Below are positions 41,801 to 53,500 of a stretch of DNA of 64,000 nucleotides, piece after piece. The stretch lies in contig JBLDXI010000054.1 of NCBI GenBank assembly GCA_047495785.1, positions 4,216,001 through 4,280,000 of the forward strand, read 5' to 3'. Under the pieces are notes generated by a model. It did not search any database, was not told the origin of the DNA, and saw nothing but the letters and a program-made list of their open reading frames with translations. This stretch comes from Lepidodermella squamata. Taxonomy: Eukaryota > Animalia > Gastrotricha. The position numbers and the translations under genes were made by a program. The stretch's first letter is position 1; the number at the start of each line of letters is the position of its first letter.

Positions 41801-42431
41801 CAAATGGGTTTCATGCAGACGGTTGCTGCGTTTTTTGCAGCGTTTGTTGTCATGACCGAATTCGGGTTTTGGCCAACACGTCTGATTGGCCTTCGTCGGG
41901 AATGGGACTCGCCTGGCATTAACGACGTCGAAGACTCTTATGGTCAAGAATGGGTTAGTTATTCTGCCTCCACTATTCCCTCTTTTTGATTGGTGTTATT
42001 TTTGCTGTAGTCGATTTCCCAACGAGCAAAACTCAAGTTTTACGCCTTTTCAGCCTATTTCGTAGCGATAGTAGTTTGCCAATGGGGTAACCTGCTTGCC
42101 TGTAAAACTCGCCGCCAATCGTTGTTCCGCCACGGCATCAAATGGTAGGCACTTTTGATTGGCTAAACAGCGTATATTTATTTCAATAACTAGGAACTAT
42201 GTAATGCTGTTCGCGCTCTGCTTCGAAACCATCCTAGCCGTTTTCTTGTGCTATGTTCCGGGAATGCAGACTGCTTTCCAGCTGATGCCGATTCGTTTCG
42301 AATGGTGGCTGCCTGCGCTTCCCTACGCCGCTTTTATCCTGATATTTGACGAGGGACGGAAGTTTTTCCTGCGACGGCAAGACCCCGACGCCATCGGACA
42401 TGGCTTTGTTTACAGAGAAACGTACTACTAG
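38806..42431 (+). CDS. P-type IIC ATPase, Na+/K+-ATPase alpha-like divergent paralog (multi-exon)
   Basis: [66 protein letters not shown]-terminal ETYY. Confidence 0.95.
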
Positions 42432-43312
42432 GTGGTCAAGAGCCAACCGGCCTACAATCCGTGCCTATTGCCTGTTACAAAATTTCCTTTATAAAACCTT
42501 GTTGCTATCTCTGGTTTTAGTCCATTTATTCGATTTTATTTGATCGCATATCGCTAGTAATATTGCTAAAAACACAATTTTTATCAACTCAGCTGATAAT
42601 GTTAATTTGAGTCCTACGAGCGCACGAGCTATCTATACATACTTCGACTTTACTTGCTGGTCGGCTGAAATTAACATATCCTAAGCTTCCTTTATACACG
42701 TCAGGTTGTGAAATTAACCTTTATCTGGTACTTTCATTCCATTGGAGACGCTGACGGGCGACGATTTTGCATTTTATTCTCGAAGAAATCCAGTTCTTGA
42801 AGCTCGAAGCTCGGCGCTATTCATGTTTTTGGTTGTGTCTTTTTTACATTACACTTTTTACGGAGTTTCTACTCGAAAAAGGCTCTTTGAGCGCCTATTT
42901 TCAATTTTCGAATCGGATGGTTGTGTTTTTGCTTGTGTCATTCTGCTCATCAACATGTTTCCAGGTTTTATGCGTCTGTCACTAGCTTCCTCTTCTTCTA
43001 ATCCAAAACAGTCTATGCCCTACAGAAGAGGAAGATTACTTCAAAATATTATATGCCATATGCAGGAAGTAGCTTCTCTCAATGCTAACGCGTGAGAGCG
43101 CTGCTCCTCTCGTTGAGGTTGTGAAATTTGTTATCGTTTTTTTCTTATGAAAAATTACCGTTGTATTTAAAAAATGTCAAAGACTGCTCTACATCAATTG
43201 CCTGTAAATGCACTTGGGCTTGTTTTATATCAAATGCTATTCGGCATCAATTTATACATTACGTAGGTACATTCAACTAATAAAACTGAATTGCTATATC
43301 TATATACGATTG

Positions 43313-43388
43313 CTACCGTAGTTTTTCCGTAGCACTACGGTAAAACTACGGAAAAACTACGGTCAGTACTACGGTATGACTACGGTAA
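43313..43388. repeat. Left terminal array: 2 inverted (CCGTAG) plus 5 direct CTACGG units
   Basis: CTACGG at 43335, 43346, 43357, 43369, 43380; CCGTAG at 43316 and 43327. Confidence 0.92.
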
Positions 43389-44277
43389 AATAATTTTTAG
43401 GAAAAAAAGATTAAATCGCTTTGTAAAATGAAGGAAAACATTAGTTGTGTTTGATAAAATAGATTTGTTATCATGACCAACCATCAAAATCCATTTAGCA
43501 ATAATCTGCATGGGCTAAAAGCAATCAGAGACATAGATGAGGGCTTGCCCAGAGCCATCGCGGACATCGCGTTATAAAAGTGCCAAAGCTGCTCATATAT
43601 GCAAAGAAGTCCTCGAAACACTTCCTGGCTAGGGGAGATACGTTGCTCTATCATATGTTCACAGTGCCAACACGGAGTCTCTATTTCTCGGCCTCGATAA
43701 TCGCACGCAAAACCGCCTGTAAACCTGGGCATTTTAACCGTTTTCGACGAATCACACCTGCTTACATAACGCAAGTGAGGCTTGTAACTTTTCAGTGGGA
43801 TAAAAGAGGGTGTATTCTGTCAAGTTTTTGAGGTTCCAGTCAGCGTTCCTAATTCCTCGTCTTCGAATCTCGCTGCGCAACTACGGAACAGCGAGCCAGT
43901 AGTTAAGGAGCGAAACTCGGAAATCTCAATTTAAACTGCCGCGTGGAATAATTTTTAAACATCAAAATATATATTCCGATGAATAAATAAAACAGCTATG
44001 TGGTGAATTTTCAAATTTAAATTTTTTATTAAACAACCTTCAACATCTGCATACCCGCGCAACGCCAAGCTAGTGGTTGCCGGCGGCGAGCTCGGCACCC
44101 ACTACTTCGTTTTTTACTTTCAACTTGAAAACTACTGTTAATACTGTTGCTATAACGATCCTTCTTTGAGTCGATTGGTGCTTGTTTGTTTGGCTAGCAA
44201 TCATTCAAGCACCTAGCAAGCATCTTTAGGTGTTGGTCATAGAGAGTATTGTAAATGTCATTTCTAGGTATTATCTA

Positions 44278-45503
44278 ATGATGATTCGATCCTCGAATCT
44301 TATTTGTGTTCTGTCGGCCCCGACCACCTCCCTGCCGGCCAGGTTCTGGCGTGCAGACCCTGCAATCGAATTGAGAGCGCTCGTTGAGAGCTTCCGACTC
44401 CAATTCATGCCTCTCGAAAATAATGTGCAGCTATATTATGAAGTAAGTTAGGCATTTCTTGTACTAAAAGCATGCTAACTCGTGTTAAACCACAGCTCAA
44501 CGAAGAAACCGATATATTGCTGCATTCTAACGACTGTTTGAATATGTTCATCGAATATCACTCGAGTAGTAATCCGAAGAGAATAGCTCATTTGAAGCTA
44601 CTACCAGCAGCTTTGCCACCAGCAGCTGCTGCTCTGCAAAGTGCGCTTAATGCGTTAATGCCCAACAACAACAGCTCGGCATCGCCGTCTTCTTTCAACG
44701 CCCTGCAATCTCTACTACAATCTCCAGCTGCTGCTAGCGGGATTTTGCAGAACACTCCAGCTTTGCAAAGCTTGTTTCTGCAAAGTTCTGTGAACCCAAA
44801 AACAGCTACATCGGCAGCTTCGAGGCCGGCTGTAACCGCTACTCCTAGGGCTACGAAGCGCTCTGCTGCTGGAGCGTCTAAAGGCGAAGGCGTCTCGAAT
44901 AAAACGAGACGGGTAGCTTTCGAAGATGATTCGTCTCCGGGCTCTGACTCTGATGATGATGAGGATGGCGAAAGAAGTGGTAGGTAAGCTGCCCTACTTC
45001 ATTCAATAGTTAATAGTTAACAATGGGATTTCTATTAAGGAGTGCTCGATCTGCGGTCTATCGAAGCGGGGAGGATGGAAGTAGAGGAGACCGAGAGCGG
45101 AGGGATCGAGACCGAAGCAGCAGCATCAGCGGGGGAAACGCTCACGACCGCAGGAGCAGAAGATCTGACGACTTCTGGAGCGGTGAAACCTCTTGGAGAT
45201 CCCCTTGCGCGTAAGTATATTATTCAGTTTAATCCTGTTAATGTTTCACTTGCTTCTTTCTGTTTGTATAGCCTCCTCATAGCAAATACTGAGCAGGCGC
45301 GAGTAGCACCCCGTCCTTTCGAGCCCCGCGAAATCGATGTCCTTCAGCAAATAGCCCAACAATTATTAGCCGACAAAAAGGAGCTAACTGAAGAGACTGT
45401 GCTAGATGCTATGTCAAAGTTACGCATCAGCCTCGCTGAATCCTTCAGTGGACGTAAGCTCGGGAGTCTGGTAAGGAAAATGAAGGAAATCGGGAAGAAA
45501 TGA
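44278..45503 (+). CDS. Element gene A: PB1-like N-terminus, Ala/Ser- and RS/RD-rich middle, helical Myb/HTH-like C-terminus (351 aa, 4 exons)
   Basis: Exons 44278-44442, 44496-44983, 45040-45210, 45272-45503 join via GT-AG introns into one open frame (1056 nt); domain calls are pattern-level only. Confidence 0.7.
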
Positions 45504-45564
45504 TTTGAAGCAAGGTTTAGCTCATGCAATTGAGGTGATTTTTTGTTATTTAGATATTGTTGAA

Positions 45565-47980
45565 ATGCAAATCGTGAGGATCAGACATCAGTCAGCTGTC
45601 AAGCTTGCTGAAATAAAAGGGAGCGCTTTTCAGTGTCTCGTTGACGCGACAAAGCGTTTATTTGGCCCGGGCAAATATTCGTTCTTTTGGGGTAATTATT
45701 GTGAATTTTTGTTAAGTATAAGTATATGGAAAATCTCAGATTTAGGCATTGATAAGATCAATCTGGATGAAGAGCAGCTTGATTTAGCTCTCAAGTGTGA
45801 ATCTTCATTAACAATTGATGCCGTCAAGTGTGATGGTGCCCCTAGTGGCGAGAAGACGGCGAAGGCGAAAACTGAGAGTGCTGAATCGTCTCCTCCCAAG
45901 TCGAATTCACGCGAGCCTGATCGCCAGCCGCGCATTCAGAAGCGATTCTATGGTCGATTTCAGAAGGAGCATAGAAGTGGAAAGTCTAGACATCCTGGCA
46001 TAGGACGGCCGTGCCCGAAATGCGGGAAGAAGCTGAGTGATCGAACTGCTTTGGTTCGCCACTTACGAGGCAAGCGGGCTTGTCCAGTCGGTTTGGGCAA
46101 GGATTCGATTTCATCTCTTTGTGAAGAATCCCAAAGGTAATGAGACTTTTAGGCTCTATGGTACAGGAATATTGTGCTATGCTTTTCAGACTCGCTCAGC
46201 AATTAAAATCAAACAAAAAGCCCGAGGAATTCTCCAAGATAGAACCCTCCACGTCCACTGAGTGTAAAGCTATTCCTGCTCAAAACGTCGTCACTGTTAC
46301 TGTTAACAACGGGACATTGGCTGGAAACGTGTCAGAACCAAAGAAGAACGAAGAATCAAGTGTCGAAGAGATCGATTACTATTTCGCCCAGTTCGAGAAA
46401 TCATTTGATAATCCTATCTTTGGCTCCAGCAACCGAGCCCCGAGTACTATAAAAAAACTCATATCGTCGGCCCGGCAGGTCATTTCGATTTGCGGTTACC
46501 GTAATCTGGCTGAATTGTACAGCAAAGAGGGCTTCAACAAACTGGAGAAGCCTTTCATTCGAGCCGTTTCGTTCAGCTCGAAGAAAGCCATGTGCCAAGG
46601 CCTTCTAGAGTTTGTGGAATTCCTCGAGTTTTTCGATGAATTATCAGTGGATGAAAGGCGTCGGGTGCTTCTAATCGCGTATTTGAAGAAAGCTTACGCC
46701 TCGTTTTGCCGGGGCGTTGCTGAAGATAACAGCGTTCGTCGAATTCGGCTCTCCGAGAGCATTCGGAACGGAGAATTGCCCTCGTATGCCGAGGTTTGTC
46801 AAGTTGTTAATGCCCTCCAGCAGCAAGTTTCTGGTTTTCTATCGACGCCAAAGTTGAACGCTGAAGACCTTAAGACATTTTTTGCCTGGGTAGCTTTTAC
46901 TCTAGTAAAGCGCTGTGCCATCAGACCTGGCGCCCTTACCCAGATGCTTGTTCAAGAATTTCTAAAGCCTATTCGAGTTGGCGAGGACACGGTACTTATT
47001 CATGTGAAAGGTTAGTTTTTGAAGTTCTCTCAACTATTATGAGCTGACTTTGTCTGTTTCCGTTATGCAGGGCAAAAGGTTTCTACGTACAATGATGGGT
47101 ACGTCAATCTCCCGAAGGCGACATACGACGCCTGTTCGACCTACTGGAAGAAATGGCGGGTTAACAACCGCGACAATGAAAAGCGATTCTTCACCCTTGT
47201 TGTGGCGTCAAAGGTTCGCTGCCTTGAATCCTCGGATCTTGGCAGACTTTGCAATCTGAAATTTCGTGATGTCATTGGCAAGGACTTCACGTTCACTGGA
47301 TTCAGACAATACATGCAGACGATATTTGCGCAAACGTGCACGGATAAATGGGAAAAAAAATGGTTCAACCGTGTAATGCAGCACAGGTGCGTTGATTTCT
47401 GCCCCATTTTTTGCTTATTTAAATGAGTCATTCTAGCGATTCCGTCGGGGACAAATATTACGAGATGGCGATGGCGCCAAAGTTTCATGCCCAGATGGGC
47501 CTTAAAATTGAAAGTGAAATGCTCCTCAGGGAGGCTAACTGGGTGGCTGCGGGCAGCCGAATTGCCGACACAGAGTCGGAGAACGAGCAACCCATCTCCG
47601 ACGATGATGAATCTCAAGCCGCTCTTAATCCGAGCGCCATGCAATCGCCAAAGCGCAGTGCAGGCAGGTCAGTTGCTGGATCGAGGAAGTTGAGCGGCAG
47701 CGCAGTTAGCAGCGACGCTGAATCAACAGAGCTTTCGTCAACGAAGCGGGGTCGCGGTAGTAGGAAGTTGAGCGGCAGCGCAGTTAGCAGCGACGCTGAA
47801 TCAACAGAGCTTTCGTCAACGAAGCCGGGTCGCGGTAGATCCAAGAAGACCATCAAAGCCGAAAAATCGGCACAACAGCCGTTGAAGAAAGACACGAAGA
47901 AAGAACTGCCGTCGAAAGAAGACAAGGCAGTGAAGCGGGGTCGGGGTAGACCCAAAAAATCACTTGCTTTGAAACTCTGA
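45565..47980 (+). CDS. Element gene B: PB1-like, C2HC zinc finger, tyrosine recombinase, AT-hooks (734 aa, 5 exons)
   Basis: Exons 45565-45691, 45740-46136, 46190-47010, 47071-47386, 47437-47980 give a 2205-nt open frame; YR residues CAIRPG (R), VKGQKV (K), FTGFR (R), MQHS (H), DKYY (Y); CPKC-x12-H-x6-C; KRGRGRPKK; AATAAA at 48056. Confidence 0.85.
47684..47838 (+). repeat. Near-perfect in-frame 78-bp tandem duplication in the gene B tail
   Basis: RKLSGSAVSSDAESTELSSTK(R/P)GRG twice; units start at 47684 and 47762. Confidence 0.95.
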
Positions 47981-48188
47981 AGTCTTTGAAGTGACTTGAA
48001 AGCGTATCAAACACTTAGTTCAATTCATATTGAATTTAGTTCAATTTATTTTGAAAATAAAATCGAAATATTTCCAATGCTGTCTTTTATTACCTGGAAA
48101 TCGGATCAATGTTGTTTACCCTCGCAAGACAGTGCCGCGTGAATAGCACATGCAGAAAAAATTGAAGAGGCAGCGATATCAAATTTTG

Positions 48189-48271
48189 CTACGGTAGAAA
48201 AACTACTGCAATTACGACTACGGAAAAACTACGGAAAAACTACGGCAATAACTACGGTAGAACTACGGTAG
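48189..48271. repeat. Right terminal array of direct CTACGG units
   Basis: CTACGG at 48189, 48218, 48229, 48240, 48252, 48263. Confidence 0.92.
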
Positions 48272-50560
48272 AAATTCCCTAAAGAGATGAATTTTTTCGA
48301 AATGTGACTTTAGGTATTTATGCTCCGGAGTCATACTCGAAGATGATGGGAGAGTAACTTGTAATGGTGTTGAACTCGACATGGATGGGAAAGGGGTCAA
48401 TTTGGGAGCACATCTTGCCTATAGGAATTGCATTTGGCGTTTGTGATGACGGTGAATGAAGAAGATCATTGGCGGGTGAAATGGTCGTCGATAACGGCAG
48501 TTGCGGTGAATAGGAATGTTTAAATATGAATATTATAATGTTGTTTTTAGCCATGTGCCCGGTGCATTTTTCTCGCGCGACAGCGTTGAATTATTATTTC
48601 ATACTGTAGTAATAATAATAATATTTAAGGGAATAACGCGCTCTCAGTTTTTCTTAGCCATCGTTATTGTAGATATAGAACGCAGTATATTCAGTGCTGA
48701 GCCGCGCACACCCTACAATATTTTTGTTTGTTGTCTCGTCCTACGATGCCTATCGATCTGCGAGCGGTCCGCCGCTTGTCGTCAAAAAGAAAACCACCGA
48801 TAATAAATACACGCTACGAACGGCAATAGAAAAATAAAAAACGGGCAGAGGCGCACACGCGCATGCACACATACACATACACACATACAAAACAAAAAAC
48901 GCACTTTCCAGCAACGATATCAGTCATAAACATATTGCGTGGGCATAATATTGGGTGACTACGAGATAGCGCCAAGTAATAAAGGAATAGTGTGGCAGTA
49001 GCCGGCAGTACATAACGCATAAAAAAAGGTTGTTTACCCTTTCTGTTTGGCCATCGATCGCAGCGCGCGCATAAATACTGGATATATGGATGCAGCATCG
49101 GTCTAACAACACGGCGCGCTCAGGCTCGCCCTGTACTCCGTGTATTCAGACTATATGCGTGTTTGCACCGAAAAATGTGTGTGCTTTTTGTGTTCTACAG
49201 TCGGTTTGTTGCCCCTACAAACATCGGCGTATAAATCATATTATTATTATTATTCCTAACATTTTATTTCGTCCGCCGTTCGCTCCACCCTGCCTGTATT
49301 TTTCTCCGTCCAATCAAGCTGCATACTTATTACATAAGCATACAACCGAAGCCTTCTCGTCAACAATAAACCAACAACTTTTGGAGCACCAAAATATAAA
49401 TATACACGCGAGCGATTTGCATCATCGCCGGCCTCTACCTAGAGAGCATCCTCGTTCAGCTTGCCGTGGCGTTCCAACCCGCGCCCTTGGTTGGCGCTAG
49501 AGGCACGTTTGTGTTTGCGCAACATGCATTTTAGCCTGTTGCTTTGATGATACTTTGCTTGACTACGTATCGTTTCGGCCGTAATTTTTTTCGAGATTTG
49601 AAACGACGCCAAACGTGAGCTGATGTTGTCTAACGGCCTAATCTGATTCAATGTTACTTCCTCGGTGTTTTTCAACCACTGTCTTTATTCAACGACCATA
49701 GTGTTGGCATATGGATGAATTTATTTTCTGCCTTCGGTCTCATTGAAGCTCGAGGTATTTTCAGCAAGGCTACTTGCCTACATGCTTATGTAGGCTGTTG
49801 CTGAAAATGCCATGGAATGGTCAGTTACTGGACGAGGTTTTCTGAAGGTTTGATGTGTCCTGAATTATAAATTCTGAATTATTTTTCATATAGGCAAATT
49901 CATAGAATTTATTGAATAATTCGCATCTTCCACGCGTCGCACATCGTTAAACTCTCAGCACTATTTCTGGCTGACGACTTCGGCTGTTGGCTTGAAGCTC
50001 GATGATAATTATTAAAACCTAATTTTGCAGTGACATGTAGTCATTTCTGCACCCAACTTTTTGAGTGAATTATTGGATGCAGTTCAAGTGATATTCTTCT
50101 AGTTTGTTATCAGCTGATTTACTAGAAAATATTCCCTCTTCATGTCTTCGAAATTCAACCTGCCGGATCGCTAACCGTGCATTCGTTTAAATTTTTGGGT
50201 ATATATTTTGCCTTTCTCTTAAGGTTTTTGTTCTTGAATAGATTCTTAATGCCAATTAATTTCCATTGAACACTCCAAGACTGAATTATCCCGTCGGCTA
50301 GAGTGAGCTGGACAATCAAAACCAGTTACAGCATCATGTTACTGCGCGTCGCTTTTTTCGACGAGCAATAAAAGCTGACGATTGAAAGTTTCCGCACAAA
50401 ATTGGCGAAATGTAAGTTCTCGATTGATTGCATAGTTTTACGGGAATCCGGGCTTTTTCGCGGTTTCTCGTGTGTTCTATTCGGGGCAGCTATTTGAATT
50501 AACTGCGATATTGATTCCTTTTTCTTCGAACTTTAGATAGCCGCTGCCTTGGCAAGTTGC

Positions 50561-53500
50561 ATGGAAGTTGATGTCCCTACTGCACCCGTTTGCGAAAAAC
50601 AAAAACAAAAGCTTCAACTCGCGCTGATGAACGGTGAATCGCCGCGCAAACGGCAGCGTTGCGGCAACAATGACCAGTCACCGGTGGGCGGGGTCGCCAA
50701 GAACAAATCGCTGCCGGTCAGCAGCTCGGCGAACAGTACTGGCGAGCTGAGCAGTCCCGAGGGCGATAAGACTGCCTCAGCTCAGAACTTGGCGCTTGCC
50801 TTCGCCTCTTCATCGTCCTCACCCGGTTCAAACGTTGCGTCGACAGGTGGCCTTCTTTTGGCGTCTTCGGCCGGCGTCGTATCGACCAGCACTTCGCTGT
50901 CGACGGCTAATTCTAATCTTATTCAACACCCGGTTACTAGTTCATCAGCTGCGGCTGCGCATGTCGACGACAAGCAGCAACAGCAAATTGTATCAAGTAG
51001 TACAGAAATGAATGCCCAGCTTCAGGTTGTTCTGCCTTACCCATTCTTGGGCGTAAAATTCAATTTTTTCGCTTTGTTCACCTTAGGCGCAATTGCAACA
51101 GCTAATGCTGCAGAATCAGCTTTTATCGCTTATTCAGCAACAGCAGCAAAATCAGCAGCAGCAGCAACAACTTCTGCAGCAAAGAGGTTCGATAAATGTG
51201 CTTTTTTGTACTCGTGAAGCCACATTTGAGCAGTTAGATAAAGAAGATTATTTTCTTTGCAAAGATCAAAGGATTGTTTTAGGACACGTATTCATTTTTT
51301 ACGCTAATGATATTGCGGGTCGACCTTCGAAGTGGTGGATTAATTTACGTGTTCTGACATTTCAGTGACCCACTTTTTGACGTCCCCAATCTCTGGTACC
51401 GAAACAAGCCAGGCGGATGCAAAGCATTCTTTGTTCCAAAAATCACCAACAGCTGGCCTTCATTTTGGCGTATCGGGAAATGACCGGTTTCTATCACCTT
51501 CGGTCTCGGCGGAAGCCTCGGCAACTGCGAACGGCTCCTTAGCTGCCTTACTACCTCTGTTGACCGGGCAACAACAAGCACAACAATCTCATCTCAACCT
51601 GAATAATATCACTGGTTGGTTTTCGAGTCAAGAAGATGTCTCTCCCTATGTGCATGATTTACTTGCAGATATTTTGCTGCGATGTGGCACCGCAAATTTA
51701 ACCGGTTCGCCACTCAGCAGCAAGGTTTCAATCGGAGGAAGTACCTCAACCCCGCAGACGCCTGCAGCATCCGCTAATCAAATCGCATCTCACTTGTTTC
51801 AGTCAACCGCAGAACACCAGTCAGCTTCGTCTAGCACCAACTGTAGTAGTTTTCAGTCTTCTTCTTCTGGTCTTTACGCACATGGCGTCTGCCGATGGCC
51901 TGGCTGTGAGACTATCTGCGAAGGCCCGGACGCTTTTTCTCGGTATTAAAAACTTACTTAAGTTTTTATTTATTTCTTAAACCCTGTCTTTCAAATTACA
52001 GGCATTTGTCCGACATGCATCCTCCTGATGAGAAAGCGGCGGCACAAACATGCGTACAGGTACGGAGTAGCTGATTTTTTGTTGTTTATTCATTTTTGAT
52101 CAATTGATTTTAATATAGGCGCAAATAGTGACTCAGCTCGAAGAACAGCTGAACCGCGAAAAGCGGCGCTTTGAAGCTATGATGAGTTACCTTCAGTTGG
52201 CGAAGTCGACAGGAAGCGCGGCAGCGGCTTTCATTTCGCCCAGCGTGACGACGGCTAGTGGAACTAACGCTGGCGTGGCGACGTCTCTTAACGGCGGTGC
52301 AAGTACCGTTTTCTCATCGTTAAGCTCGCAGCCAGCACAATTGGCGGCTTTTTTACCCGGTTCCTCGGCTTCACAAATGAATGTTGCGAATTCCACGTCA
52401 GCTATTGCTGCCGCTGCTAACCTACTGGCGGCTGCGGCGTCAGTCGTTGGAGCTGGTGGCGCGAATCCTTCGCTAGCTCTCGCGGGAAACATGGCTGGTG
52501 TGACGCCAGTTGCACCGAATGCGACGACTTCTAACGCAAGCGCTCAGTCGAACCACCAGTTGCCGCGAGTCGAGTCAGAAATCGCCGGTCAACGGTCTTC
52601 TGGCTCAGGTTAGTTTTGAGCATTCACAAATTATAAATTATGTGCCTACATGCGTTTCTTTGATTTTTAGCTGCTACTCTGTTGCGTTGTGCCGCTGATA
52701 CGCCTACGACCGGCCATATGACTTCGCAAGCTGCCTTCCCATCCAGTGGGTCGTTTGAAGCTAACTCAGACGGGAAGTCGATGACGCCTACTGCGGCAGC
52801 CAGGACTGATGACGTTGATGTCGATGACACCTCGGTGCCGATGAAAAAGTCTCCTACGTCGTCGATCAACAACCAGTCGGAGACGTCAGCCTCGGTTACA
52901 CAGTCGCAGAGCAAGCGCCGACCGTCTGATAAAACCACTGCGGTGCCGTTATGTACAGGTACAGCCGAGCTGGATTTTAAATTTTCTAGTCTGATATGTT
53001 GCTGTTGAATACTACTAGATATCGAGAGGAATCGCGAGTTCTATCGGACCCGAGATATTCGCCCTCCTTATACGTACGCCTCGCTTATTCGTCAGGCTAT
53101 AATCGAGTCGCAAAATAAGCAGCTAACGCTTAACGAGATTTATCAGTGGTTCCAAATGACCTTTGCCTATTTCCGACGAAATGAAGCGACATGGAAGGTA
53201 CGTATCATATCGCTTTCCATCATCTAGTAACCCTTGGAAAAACTTGTTTCCATCAAGAAAACATGTTCAATTATTAGCATATTATTAGCTAGAAAATACA
53301 ATTTTTTGTTTTCTCAGAACGCTGTTCGGCACAATCTTTCGCTTCACAAATGTTTCATGCGCGTCGAGAACGTGAAAGGTGCCGTTTGGACGGTGGATGA
53401 TGGCGAATTTTACAAGCGCCGTTCCGCCAAAATGTCGCTCAGTCCGTTGCGCTTCAAACGGCCTGGCGCCGAAGAAACCAACGGCATGAACTCAGCGGCG

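Larger units (their letters stand above)
43313..48271 (+). mobile_element. Putative tyrosine-recombinase (Crypton-like) DNA element with two genes, bounded by CTACGG arrays
   Basis: Terminal CTACCGTAG...CTACGGTAG inverted ends with phased repeat arrays enclose an intact spliced YR gene and a second gene; no TSD seen. Confidence 0.8.

Noticed and set aside
43313-43388. CRISPR-like or telomeric interpretation of the CTACGG arrays
   Set aside because: Units are 6 bp with 5-6 bp spacers in a eukaryotic context, with no cas genes and no telomere-type perfect repeat
45471-45553. Splice fusing gene A and gene B into one protein
   Set aside because: Joining the 45471 donor to the 45553 acceptor puts gene B out of frame
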